From Candidatus Falkowbacteria bacterium RIFOXYA2_FULL_47_19 (GTDB taxonomy: Bacteria > Patescibacteriota > Patescibacteriia > Patescibacteriales > UBA12075), in assembly GCA_001780275.1 (NCBI GenBank), contig MFGB01000005.1, positions 84,306 through 148,305 of the forward strand: a stretch of 64,000 bases of DNA. Direction: 5' to 3'. Below, in pieces: positions 19,601 through 28,328 of the stretch. The translations under genes were made by a program, and so were the position numbers. Each line of letters opens with the position of its first letter. The first letter of the stretch is position 1. The notes beneath the pieces are model-generated. The model was not told where the DNA came from. It worked only from the letters and a program-made list of their open reading frames with translations, and did no database searches.

Positions 19601-19941
19601 ATCTGGCCGCTTTCAGTAAACTTCCCAAAACCGAGGCTGAATGGCAGGATGTTATAAAGATCGCGAACGGCCGCTGGCCAAGCGAAAAGAATGCCGCCAA
19701 GGAAAAAGCCGCCCAGGATACGAAATTCGCGGAAGTTTATAAGCGGCAACCTGATATGAACAACGCGCGCGATAATGCCGCCGTCACGGTCATCGCCTAC
19801 GGACTTAGGCCGGCCGAGAGGAATATGGAAAGCGAAAAAGCCGCTATCCGGATATTCAGGGCGATATTCAGCTACGATCCGGCCTCAGCCATTGACTGGG
19901 ATATTGTGAGGGCGATCGCTTATTCCGGCGCGGTAAGATAA
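16651..19941 (+). CDS. Large secreted multi-domain surface protein
   Basis: Signal peptide, then three cohesin-type modules (e.g. [41 protein letters not shown]). A DUF5011/Ig-like module follows ([32 protein letters not shown]). Then a poly-Gly linker (about 18890-18962), an FN3-like part and a helical C-terminus. Confidence 0.85.
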   Translation: [1096 protein letters not shown]

Positions 19942-19973
19942 AAAGACACAAAGACGTTTATAAGTTTATATAC

Positions 19974-20002
19974 GTAGAGACGTTGCAATGCAACGTCTCT
20001 AC
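19974..20002. other. Conserved GTAGAGACG hairpin, copy 1
   Basis: GTAGAGACGTTG-CAATG-CAACGTCTCTAC, a 12-bp stem, 33 nt after the stop of the surface-protein gene. Confidence 0.75.
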
Positions 20003-20088
20003 AGTTATTACGGTCGTGAGTTCGGAATTTATTTCAATAAAAAACCAGGTTCCTCATCGTGAACCCGGTTTTTATATTTAAAAATCCA

Positions 20089-22716
20089 TTATTTGACCGA
20101 CACCGACAATCTATCCTTTATCCCCATGTCTATCGCTACCCTGTCTCCATTCTTGATCTTGCCTTCGATAATATCAAGCGCGAGCTCATCCAATATCATG
20201 TTCTGGATAATGCGCTTTAAGGGACGGGCGCCGAAAGTGACGTCATAGCCTTTATCCGCGAGCATCTTCTTAACTTTGGGCGCGATCTTTAATCTTATAT
20301 TCTGGTCCTTCAAACGATTTTCCAGCTTGATCAATTCAAGATCGACGATCTTCGTGAGCGTATCCTTGTCCAGGCTCTTGAAGATGACGATCTCGTCTAT
20401 CCGGTTAAGGAACTCGAGCTTGAAATGATTTTTTAGGATCGTGTCGATCTTTTCTTTCATCTCGTCGGAGCGCATTTTAGCCGCGTCAACCGCGTTTCCG
20501 CCGTCGGAGAAGCCGATTGAGTACTGCTTAATGACCTCATTCCCCAGGTTGGACGTCATGATCACGATCGTATTCTTGAAGTTGACCATCCGTCCCTTCG
20601 AATCCGTAACGCGGCCATCGTCCAATACCTGCAGGAGGATGTTGAATACTTCCGGGTGGGCCTTTTCGATCTCGTCGAAAAGAACCACGCTATACGGCCG
20701 GCGCCTGATCTTTTCGGTCAGTTGCCCCCCTTCGTCGTGCCCGACATAACCGGGAGGCGAACCGATGATCTTGGCGACCGAATGTTTTTCCATGAATTCG
20801 CTCATATCGATCCGGATAAGCGCCGCATCATCGTTGAACATGAATTTTGCTAAAGCCTTGGCTAATTCGGTCTTGCCGACCCCGGTCGGACCGACGAATA
20901 GGAAGGAACCGATCGGCCGCTGCTCTTCACTGATCCCGGCGCGGGAACGCCTGATGGCGTTAGCTACGGACTTGATCGCGTCCGCCTGCCCCTTGACCCG
21001 GGAAGATAATTCTTCTTCGGCGCGAGCCAGTTTTTTTATTTCTGATTCGAGCATTTTCGAGACCGGAATGCCGGTCCAGCGGGACACTACTTTCGCGATA
21101 TCTTCTTCGTCGATCTCTTCTTTAAGTATCCTTTGGCCGCTTTTCTGTATCTTAAAAAGTTCGTCTTCGTTCTTTTTTACCTCTTTTTCCAACTGGGGAA
21201 TCTTTGAATACCTGATTTCCGCCACCTCGGTAAGATCGTCGCCTTTTCTTTCTATTATCTCAGCTCGGACTTTAAGTTCGTCTATATCCTTTTTTGAAGC
21301 GCGTATCCGCGAGATGATCTCCTTTTCGTTGTTCCAATGCAATTCGATCTGGCCGGCTTTTTCCTTTATTTGCGCCAATTTCTCGTTTACGTGCGCCAGT
21401 TTAGACGAGTTTCTTTTTTCTTTGACCAAACCGGCTTTTTCGATCTCAAGGCGTTTTATCTCCCTTTTTAACTCATCGAGTTCTTCAGGCATGGAATCGA
21501 TCTCCATCCGCAGGGCGGAGGTAGCCTCGTCAACGAGGTCGACGGCTTTATCCGGCAGGAATCGGTCCGTAATATAGCGGGAAGAAAGTTTTACCGCCGC
21601 TATGATCGCGTCATCAGTGATCCTGACGCCATGATGCACCTCGTATTTTTCCTTTATGCCCCTAAGTATCGCGACCGCGTCTTCCTGGTTCGGTTCGGCC
21701 ACATAGATCGGCTGGAAGCGCCTTTCCAGAGCGGAATCGCGTTCGATATATTTCTGGTATTCCTTGGTAGTGGTCGCTCCGACGGCCTTAAGTTCGCCGC
21801 GGGCCAAAGCGGGTTTAAGCATATTAGAAGCGTCCATCGATCCTTCGGACGCTCCCGCGCCCACTAAGGTATGGAGCTCGTCGATGAACAATATTATCTT
21901 ACCGCCGTTGGCTTTAACTTCTTTCATGACCGCTTTCAAACGATCCTCGAATTCTCCGCGAAATTTGGCGCCCGCCACCAAGGCACCCAGATCCAGACTG
22001 ATCAATTCCTTGTTTTTCAAGGTTTCGGGCACGTCCCCGGAAACGATCCTTTGGGCCAAGCCCTCGACGATAGCGGTTTTGCCGGTACCGGCCTCGCCGA
22101 TCAAAACCGGATTATTCTTGGTGCGGCGGGACAAAACCTGCATGATGCGCCTGATCTCGTTGTCCCGGCCGATTACCGGATCAAGCTTTTTCTTGCGAGC
22201 CAGATCGGTCAGGTTTATGGCATATTTTTCCATGACCTTATACTTGGTTTCGGGGTCGGGGTTATCGACTTTTTGCGTACCGCGCAGTTTCGACAATATT
22301 CCTAAAACGTTTTCGTATTCGACGCCCAATCCGATCAATATCCCCTGGGCTTCGGTTTTTATTCCGATAAGCGCCAATAGCAAATGCTCGGTCGATATAT
22401 ATTCATCGCCCATTTGTTCAGCCTCTTTTTTCGATCGTTCCAAAACCATGGCAACCTCCGCCGTGCCCTGAACGGTGCCCACGGCCGAAACAGAAGACGA
22501 CTTCGGAAGTTTTTCTATCCGGTCGTAAACTTTTTGCTCGACCGTTTCGGGAGCGACTTTCAGTTTTTCCAGGATCGGCTTGACCAGGCTTTCGCTTTGA
22601 GTCAGAAGCGAAGCCAGAATATGCAAAGCCTCGATCTGCATCTGTCCGTGATCCTGGGCGATTATCTGGGCGTTTATGATCGCCTCCTGTGATTTATTAG
22701 TAAATTTATTGAACAT
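20089..22716 (-). CDS. clpB: Chaperone disaggregase ClpB
   Basis: 875 aa with a Clp N-domain, two AAA modules ([16 protein letters not shown]) and a long coiled-coil middle domain. Confidence 0.96.
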   Translation of the reverse strand: MFNKFTNKSQEAIINAQIIAQDHGQMQIEALHILASLLTQSESLVKPILEKLKVAPETVEQKVYDRIEKLPKSSSVSAVGTVQGTAEVAMVLERSKKEAEQMGDEYISTEHLLLALIGIKTEAQGILIGLGVEYENVLGILSKLRGTQKVDNPDPETKYKVMEKYAINLTDLARKKKLDPVIGRDNEIRRIMQVLSRRTKNNPVLIGEAGTGKTAIVEGLAQRIVSGDVPETLKNKELISLDLGALVAGAKFRGEFEDRLKAVMKEVKANGGKIILFIDELHTLVGAGASEGSMDASNMLKPALARGELKAVGATTTKEYQKYIERDSALERRFQPIYVAEPNQEDAVAILRGIKEKYEVHHGVRITDDAIIAAVKLSSRYITDRFLPDKAVDLVDEATSALRMEIDSMPEELDELKREIKRLEIEKAGLVKEKRNSSKLAHVNEKLAQIKEKAGQIELHWNNEKEIISRIRASKKDIDELKVRAEIIERKGDDLTEVAEIRYSKIPQLEKEVKKNEDELFKIQKSGQRILKEEIDEEDIAKVVSRWTGIPVSKMLESEIKKLARAEEELSSRVKGQADAIKSVANAIRRSRAGISEEQRPIGSFLFVGPTGVGKTELAKALAKFMFNDDAALIRIDMSEFMEKHSVAKIIGSPPGYVGHDEGGQLTEKIRRRPYSVVLFDEIEKAHPEVFNILLQVLDDGRVTDSKGRMVNFKNTIVIMTSNLGNEVIKQYSIGFSDGGNAVDAAKMRSDEMKEKIDTILKNHFKLEFLNRIDEIVIFKSLDKDTLTKIVDLELIKLENRLKDQNIRLKIAPKVKKMLADKGYDVTFGARPLKRIIQNMILDELALDIIEGKIKNGDRVAIDMGIKDRLSVSVK

Positions 22717-22779
22717 ATTTTTATATCTTTAAATTATTATTATAAAATAAATAAGTTAACCCATAGTTAGAATAGCGTG

Positions 22780-22806
22780 TTAGCACTCTTACGACATGAG
22801 TGCTAA
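22780..22806. promoter_or_regulatory. CIRCE element (HrcA operator)
   Basis: TTAGCACTC-ttacgacat-GAGTGCTAA, an exact match to the CIRCE consensus TTAGCACTC-N9-GAGTGCTAA. It lies 64 nt upstream of the clpB ATG. Confidence 0.85.
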
Positions 22807-22810
22807 TTAT

Positions 22811-22839
22811 AATTTACAACAAAAGAATTTACGTGTCAA
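22811..22839 (-). promoter_or_regulatory. clpB promoter abutting CIRCE
   Basis: On the minus strand: TTGACA (22839-22834), 17 nt, TAAATT (22816-22811). CIRCE starts 5 nt downstream. Confidence 0.55.
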
Positions 22840-22923
22840 GTGCTCAAGGATTTTTAAAAATTTTATAATATAATTAGCTAAAATAAAATACCCCTTAAGG
22901 CATTAAAATTTAGGTAATAATAT

Positions 22924-23958
22924 TTATTCGATGATATTCAGGTCGCGGTCGCAATAGGCGCAGCGCCCGCCCGCATCCAGTCGTTCTATGCTATATCCCA
23001 TTCGCCGTATAGCGATCTCGCCGCATTTGGGACAGTAAGTATTTTCTTTCTGGTCGCCGGGGATATTGCCGGCATAAACATATTTAAGTCCCGCTTCCCG
23101 GCCGATCTCGCAAGCCTCGTATATAAGGTCGTCGGCGGTTGGAGCCAGGCTTTTAAGCTTCCATGACAAAGAAGGGGAAAACCGGGTGACGTGCCAGGGT
23201 ACGTCAACGTCAAGTTCTCCGGCAATGAATTCCGCTACCCGGTTTAGCATGGACGAGTTAGCGGATAAAGAGGGGATTATGAGCGTCGTTATCTCCAGGT
23301 GGACCTGTTCCTGTTTTAACATTTTCAGATTTTCCAGAACCGGATCCAGACGCGCTTCGCAATTAGCTTTATAAAAATCATTATCGATCGATTTCAGGTC
23401 AACATTGATCGCGTCCAGATGGGGGATTATGGCACTAAGACAATCTTCGCTCATATAGCCGTTAGAAACCCAAACATTCTTAAGGCCGCTTTTCCGGGCT
23501 AACTTCATGATATCCAGGGCGTATTCGGCGAATACGGTCGGCTCGTTGTAGGTATAGGAAATTGAAACGCAATCATTGGCTAACGCCTCTTCGATCATTC
23601 TTTCCGGCGTAACGAAATTCAGATCTTTTATTTTTTTTTCAAGCGTTTTGGCCTGGCTAATGTTCCAGTTCTGGCAGTTGGCGCAAGCGAAGTTGCAACC
23701 CAGGGTGCCGAAAGAATAAGTACTGGAACCGGGAAAAAAATGAAACAGAGGTTTTTTTTCAACCGGATCCACATTAGCGTCCAGCGGGTATCCGTAAACC
23801 AGGGAATATAAAACGCCGTTATCATTTTTTCGGGCGCGGCAAATACCGGTCTGACCGTTTTTGATCACGCAAAAATGGCTGCAAAGGCGGCATTCTACGG
23901 ATCTATCATCAAGTTTTTTATAAAATAAGGCTTCATGCATACCGATTTTCAAATACAT
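22924..23958 (-). CDS. amrS: AmmeMemoRadiSam-system radical SAM enzyme (PFL-activase-like)
   Basis: N-terminal Cys-rich stretch CRLCSHFCVIKNGQTGICRARKN, then CNFACANCQNW (CxxxCxxC). Length and ends are typical of AmrS. Confidence 0.8.
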   Translation of the reverse strand: MYLKIGMHEALFYKKLDDRSVECRLCSHFCVIKNGQTGICRARKNDNGVLYSLVYGYPLDANVDPVEKKPLFHFFPGSSTYSFGTLGCNFACANCQNWNISQAKTLEKKIKDLNFVTPERMIEEALANDCVSISYTYNEPTVFAEYALDIMKLARKSGLKNVWVSNGYMSEDCLSAIIPHLDAINVDLKSIDNDFYKANCEARLDPVLENLKMLKQEQVHLEITTLIIPSLSANSSMLNRVAEFIAGELDVDVPWHVTRFSPSLSWKLKSLAPTADDLIYEACEIGREAGLKYVYAGNIPGDQKENTYCPKCGEIAIRRMGYSIERLDAGGRCAYCDRDLNIIE

Positions 23959-23992
23959 TGCTTAACCTCGCTATTTACAGTATAATAATTAT

Positions 23993-24562
23993 ATGAAAAA
24001 TGTCAAAAATAAAAGATTGTTCATAGCCTTGAACCTCCCCGCCGAGATGAAACAAAGCGTAAAAATTTTTCTTGACGGAATTAAGGAAAGTATCCCGGGG
24101 GTTGTCTGGGCGCATCCTTTGACACTACATATTACCCTTCATTTTCTAGGGGATACCGGACCGGAGCAAGCCGAAAAAATAAAAATGGAAATGCAAAACC
24201 TTTCCGGCAAGTACCACCCGATGGAATTCGCTTTAAGCGGCCGGCTGAACGCTTTTCCGGCCATGAATAATCCTAAGATCCTGTACCTGGAGTTAAAGCA
24301 GTCAAACGGCAATTCCGCCCTTTCGCTCCAAAAAATATTGGGCAAAAATCTCTCCCAATGGATAAAGATCGATAAGCGGCCATGGCATCCCCATATTACG
24401 ATCGGCCGGATAAAAGAACCTTCCGTATTCCGCCTTCCCGTAACCGTGCCGCTTATGCGGTCCGGCGGATTCGCGGTCGAAAGTTTTGACCTGATGGAAT
24501 CGAGATTATACCTGGCCGGCGCGCGGTATACGGTCGTGGAGAAATTTAAATTATCGCTTTAA
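23993..24562 (+). CDS. thpR: RNA 2',3'-cyclic phosphodiesterase (2H phosphoesterase)
   Basis: Two HxT/S motifs (HITLHFLG and HITIGR) with the typical spacing. Confidence 0.85.
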   Translation: MKNVKNKRLFIALNLPAEMKQSVKIFLDGIKESIPGVVWAHPLTLHITLHFLGDTGPEQAEKIKMEMQNLSGKYHPMEFALSGRLNAFPAMNNPKILYLELKQSNGNSALSLQKILGKNLSQWIKIDKRPWHPHITIGRIKEPSVFRLPVTVPLMRSGGFAVESFDLMESRLYLAGARYTVVEKFKLSL

Positions 24563-24569
24563 TTTTAAT

Positions 24570-25775
24570 ATGGATAATATTAATATATTAGGTATAGGCA
24601 TAAGTTCGATCGATAAAATTTCTCTTTGGAAAAAGATCGGGGGGTTTTTGTCAGACGGCCGCCAGCATTATATTGTTACCCCTAATCCTGAAATAATCCT
24701 TGAGTCTTTGCGCGACGAGGAGTTTTGGCATATCCTTAACCACGCCGATCTGGCTTTACCGGACGGTGTTGGGCTTAAATTCGCCGCGTGGACAATGGGT
24801 TTTAATTTAAAACGCGTGACCGGAGCTGATCTTACCGTGGAGATACTAAAAATGGCTGAAAGCGAAAACCGCAAAATAGCCGTATTGAACTGGCGCAAAA
24901 GCCTTTCGCGAAAAGAAGACATAGAAACCGTTTTGCGGAAAAACTATCCGAAGCTGAACTTCGCGATCGAAGAGGTCGATCGGGAATGGAGCATGCCCTA
25001 TTACCAGAATATCAATGTTTTCCAGCCCGAAATAATATTCGTAACCTTAGGCGCTCCCTGGCAGGAAAAGTTCATTTATGGCAACCTGCCGAAAATGCCT
25101 TATGTTAAATTAGCCGTCGGCGTGGGCGGTTCTTTCGATTTTTTGACCCAAAAAATAAAACGCGCGCCTAAACCAATACGTGTCCTCGGGTTTGAATGGT
25201 TATGGCGGGTTTTTAAAGAAACCGGGGGGCGGCGGCTGTGGCGCCTTAAGAGAATATATCAAGCGGTTATCATATTCCCTTATAAATTCATCAAATGGCG
25301 ATTTATACTGCCGTTTTTATACCGTCCGAATGTCGCCTGCCTGCTGTTCAAAAAAGAAAATGATAGATATCGGATTTTATTGACGGAACGAAAAGATGAT
25401 CCCGGCCATTGGCAACTGCCGCAGGGGGGAACGGACGGGGAAAACATAGAAACGGCCGGCACGCGGGAATTGTCAGAGGAGCTTAACACTAATAAATTCA
25501 AGCCCCTTGCTTCTTTCGAAAATTTGTATAAATATAAATTCGCTGATAGAACGGGTTACAGGACCAATCAACATATCGGTTATCGGGGACAAAAACAAGG
25601 GCTTTTTATCGCCGAGTTCATCGGAAAAGACGAGGATATTGATCCGAATTACTGGGATCACGCCGGCTGGAAATGGGTAGATAGCGATAAACTGGTAGAA
25701 GGGGTGCATGAAGTAAGGCGGACGGCGGCAAAAATATATTTGGAAAAATTTAATAAAGCAATGAACAAACAATAA
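24570..25775 (+). CDS. WecG/TagA/CpsF-family glycosyltransferase fused to a Nudix hydrolase
   Basis: The N-terminal ~235 aa look WecG/TagA-like (ADLALPDGVGL, GAPWQEKF). The C-terminal ~150 aa carry the Nudix box GGTDGENIETAGTRELSEEL. Confidence 0.75.
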   Translation: MDNINILGIGISSIDKISLWKKIGGFLSDGRQHYIVTPNPEIILESLRDEEFWHILNHADLALPDGVGLKFAAWTMGFNLKRVTGADLTVEILKMAESENRKIAVLNWRKSLSRKEDIETVLRKNYPKLNFAIEEVDREWSMPYYQNINVFQPEIIFVTLGAPWQEKFIYGNLPKMPYVKLAVGVGGSFDFLTQKIKRAPKPIRVLGFEWLWRVFKETGGRRLWRLKRIYQAVIIFPYKFIKWRFILPFLYRPNVACLLFKKENDRYRILLTERKDDPGHWQLPQGGTDGENIETAGTRELSEELNTNKFKPLASFENLYKYKFADRTGYRTNQHIGYRGQKQGLFIAEFIGKDEDIDPNYWDHAGWKWVDSDKLVEGVHEVRRTAAKIYLEKFNKAMNKQ

Positions 25776-25780
25776 ACAAT

Positions 25781-25969
25781 ATGAAAATGCGTTTAAAAAA
25801 ATACATCTACCTTATAAATGACATAACCAACATAATCTTAAAAAAGGACAGAGAGGAAGAGGCGGCGCAAGCGGCGGAAAACGTCAAAAAACTGCGGACA
25901 GCGCTTATCGCGGCGGGTTTTCTTCTCCTGGTCTCGCTTATATTCAATATTTATTTTCTTATCGGTTAA
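25781..25969 (+). CDS. Small single-TM protein (uncertain)
   Basis: 62-aa ORF with the C-terminal TM segment LIAAGFLLLVSLIFNIYFLIG. Confidence 0.4.
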   Translation: MKMRLKKYIYLINDITNIILKKDREEEAAQAAENVKKLRTALIAAGFLLLVSLIFNIYFLIG

Positions 25970-26002
25970 AAACTGTACAAAAAATTTGTACAGCAAAAAA
26001 AT

Positions 26003-26755
26003 ATGAAACTGACTGTTTTAGGTTCCGGTACTTTATTTTTGACCCCAAAAAGATTCCCTTCGGCTTTTTTACTTGAGCACGAAAACAAGAAAATTCTCCT
26101 GGATTGCGGTTTCGGCGCCATAGCCCGATTATCCGAAGCGAGCATAGACCACAGGGATATCGGCGCTATCCTGATATCGCATTTCCACACGGATCATTTC
26201 GGGGACTGTTTCAACCTCATCCACTCTCGTTGGGTCGGGGATTGCTACGAAGGCCGTAAAAACAGGAAGATCGTTATAGCCGGACCGCAAACCATCGAAA
26301 GAAGATTCAAGGAATGGCGCCGGATCTTCTGGCCGGAACCGAAAGAGCATCATCCGGTGGAGTTCCGCGAAGGAACCGTCGTTTTCAGGACAGGCGGAAT
26401 AAGCGTGAAGACCTTTCCGGTTTTTCACGTGCCCTGGTTTAAATCGGTCGGTTACGTGATAAAAGCCGGCGGCAAAAAGCTGGTTTATCCGGGAGATATC
26501 GGTAGTGAAAAAAGCTTAAGTTGTCTGTCCGAAGCGGCGCGTAACGCGGATCTGCTTATTATTGAAGCTGGATATCCGAAACCTACACCCAACCATTTCA
26601 GTCTGGACCGGCTTGACCGTATCATGAAAATAGCTAATGTAAAAAAAGCCCTGATATGCCACTTAAAGGAGTCTGATGAAATACGCGTAAAAGAATATGC
26701 AAAAACGAGAAAAAAATGTATAATAGCTGAAGATAAATTAAATCTTAAATTATAA
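26003..26755 (+). CDS. MBL-fold metallo-hydrolase (RNase Z-like)
   Basis: Motif ISHFHTDHFGD and an N-terminal LGSGT block. Confidence 0.8.
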   Translation: MKLTVLGSGTLFLTPKRFPSAFLLEHENKKILLDCGFGAIARLSEASIDHRDIGAILISHFHTDHFGDCFNLIHSRWVGDCYEGRKNRKIVIAGPQTIERRFKEWRRIFWPEPKEHHPVEFREGTVVFRTGGISVKTFPVFHVPWFKSVGYVIKAGGKKLVYPGDIGSEKSLSCLSEAARNADLLIIEAGYPKPTPNHFSLDRLDRIMKIANVKKALICHLKESDEIRVKEYAKTRKKCIIAEDKLNLKL

Positions 26756-26759
26756 ATAT

Positions 26760-28226
26760 ATGGAAAAAATAAGAACGCGCTTCGCTCCCAGCCCGACCGG
26801 ATTTTTGCATATCGGCAACTTCCGCACGGCTTTATTCGCCTATCTGATCGCCAGGGCCGAGCATGGCACGCTGGCGCTACGCATCGAAGATACTGATGAA
26901 AAGCGTTACGTTGGTGAAGCGGAAGAGGCGCTTTTCCGGATTCTCGACTGGAGCGGCCTTAAATTCGATGAAGGACCCGGTATCGGCGGCGAATACGGAC
27001 CGTACGTGCAGAGCCAGCGCCAGGCGATTTACGATAAATACCGGGATGAAATTCTGGCTAAAGGCGGCGCTTATCATTGTTTCTGCAGTCCGGAAAGGCT
27101 GGAAAAAATGCGCGCCGAACAGCAGGCGAATAAGCAGGCGCCACGCTATGACCGCCATTGCCGTGATTTATACCCGGAAGAAGTTGAGGAGAGAATAAAA
27201 GCGGGAGAAAAATACGTGATCAGACAGAAGATGCCTTTAGACGGCGAGGTAGTGGCCCACGATGAATTGCGCGGAGATATTAAATTTCAGGCGTCAGAAC
27301 TGGAAGACCATGTGCTTATTAAATCAAGCGGCATGCCGACTTATCAGTTCGCAGTAGTAGTTGATGACCACCTGATGGAAATAACCCATGTCGTCCGAGG
27401 TGAAGACTGGATACCCTCTTTTCCTAAAAACATTTTGTTATACAAATCCTTTGGCTGGGATGTGCCTAAATTCGTACATCCGCCGTTAATTTTAAATAAA
27501 GGCGGCGGTAAATTATCAAAACGCCAAGGCGATGTAGCCGTCGAAGACTATCGCGACAAGGGCTATCTAACTGAGGCGCTTATAAATTTTTGCGCGCTTT
27601 TAGGCTGGCATCCGAAAGGCGATAATGAAATATTGACCCTGAAAGAGCTTGAAGAAACCTTTGACTATAAAAATATCGGCACAAGTCCGGCGGTCTTCGA
27701 TATTGATAAGCTGGACTACTTTAACGGCTATTACATCCGGCAGAAACCACTTGGTGAACTGGTCGAATTGTGCCGACCGTTTCTAGAAAAAAACCTGGCC
27801 CTGACCGATAATCCTCGAAAGCAATCGAAAGATTTTATTACCAAAGTTGTTGAACTTGAACAGGAAAGACTCAAAAAACTTTCCGAGATCGGTGAACTTA
27901 CAAGATTCTTCTTTGTTGATAAACTGGACGCGGCCAAAGTTTTATTGCTTTTGCCCTGGAAAAAACTAACCGCCGAACAAGCGCGCGAAAACCTGAAGCT
28001 TATCGTCGGACTTATGGAAAAAATCCCTGAAGTAAATTGGACCAATGATTCCCTTGAAGAGGGGATTATGGACTATCTTAAAAAGAATGAACTTAGGGTA
28101 GGGGAATATCTTTGGCCGATGCGGGTCGCTTTGACCGGAGAAAAGGCCAGCCCCGGTCCTTTTGATGTGGCCGAGGTTTTAGGCAAGGCGGAAAGTTTAG
28201 AAAGAATAAAAGCGCTTACGATTTAA
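26760..28226 (+). CDS. gltX: Glutamyl-tRNA synthetase
   Basis: RFAPSPTGFLHIGN (HIGH region) and KLSKR (KMSKS region). Confidence 0.95.
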   Translation: MEKIRTRFAPSPTGFLHIGNFRTALFAYLIARAEHGTLALRIEDTDEKRYVGEAEEALFRILDWSGLKFDEGPGIGGEYGPYVQSQRQAIYDKYRDEILAKGGAYHCFCSPERLEKMRAEQQANKQAPRYDRHCRDLYPEEVEERIKAGEKYVIRQKMPLDGEVVAHDELRGDIKFQASELEDHVLIKSSGMPTYQFAVVVDDHLMEITHVVRGEDWIPSFPKNILLYKSFGWDVPKFVHPPLILNKGGGKLSKRQGDVAVEDYRDKGYLTEALINFCALLGWHPKGDNEILTLKELEETFDYKNIGTSPAVFDIDKLDYFNGYYIRQKPLGELVELCRPFLEKNLALTDNPRKQSKDFITKVVELEQERLKKLSEIGELTRFFFVDKLDAAKVLLLLPWKKLTAEQARENLKLIVGLMEKIPEVNWTNDSLEEGIMDYLKKNELRVGEYLWPMRVALTGEKASPGPFDVAEVLGKAESLERIKALTI

Positions 28227-28253
28227 ACGGGAAAAAATATAAAGGCGAGGTTT

Positions 28254-28282
28254 GTAGAGACGAGGCAATGCCTCGTCTCAAC
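28254..28282. other. Conserved GTAGAGACG hairpin, copy 2
   Basis: GTAGAGACGAGG-CAATG-CCTCGTCTCAAC, 28 nt after the gltX stop. It has the same outer stem and loop as copy 1. The inner 3 bp are changed in a compensatory way. Confidence 0.75.
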
Positions 28283-28328
28283 GTTTTGGTATTTTTTTTG
28301 GTTTATGTTATAATAATGGCACGGGATT

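Noticed and set aside
20441-22692. Several 100-270 aa + strand ORFs.
   Set aside because: All are antisense to clpB and Ser/Phe/Ile-rich with no motifs. They are shadow ORFs.
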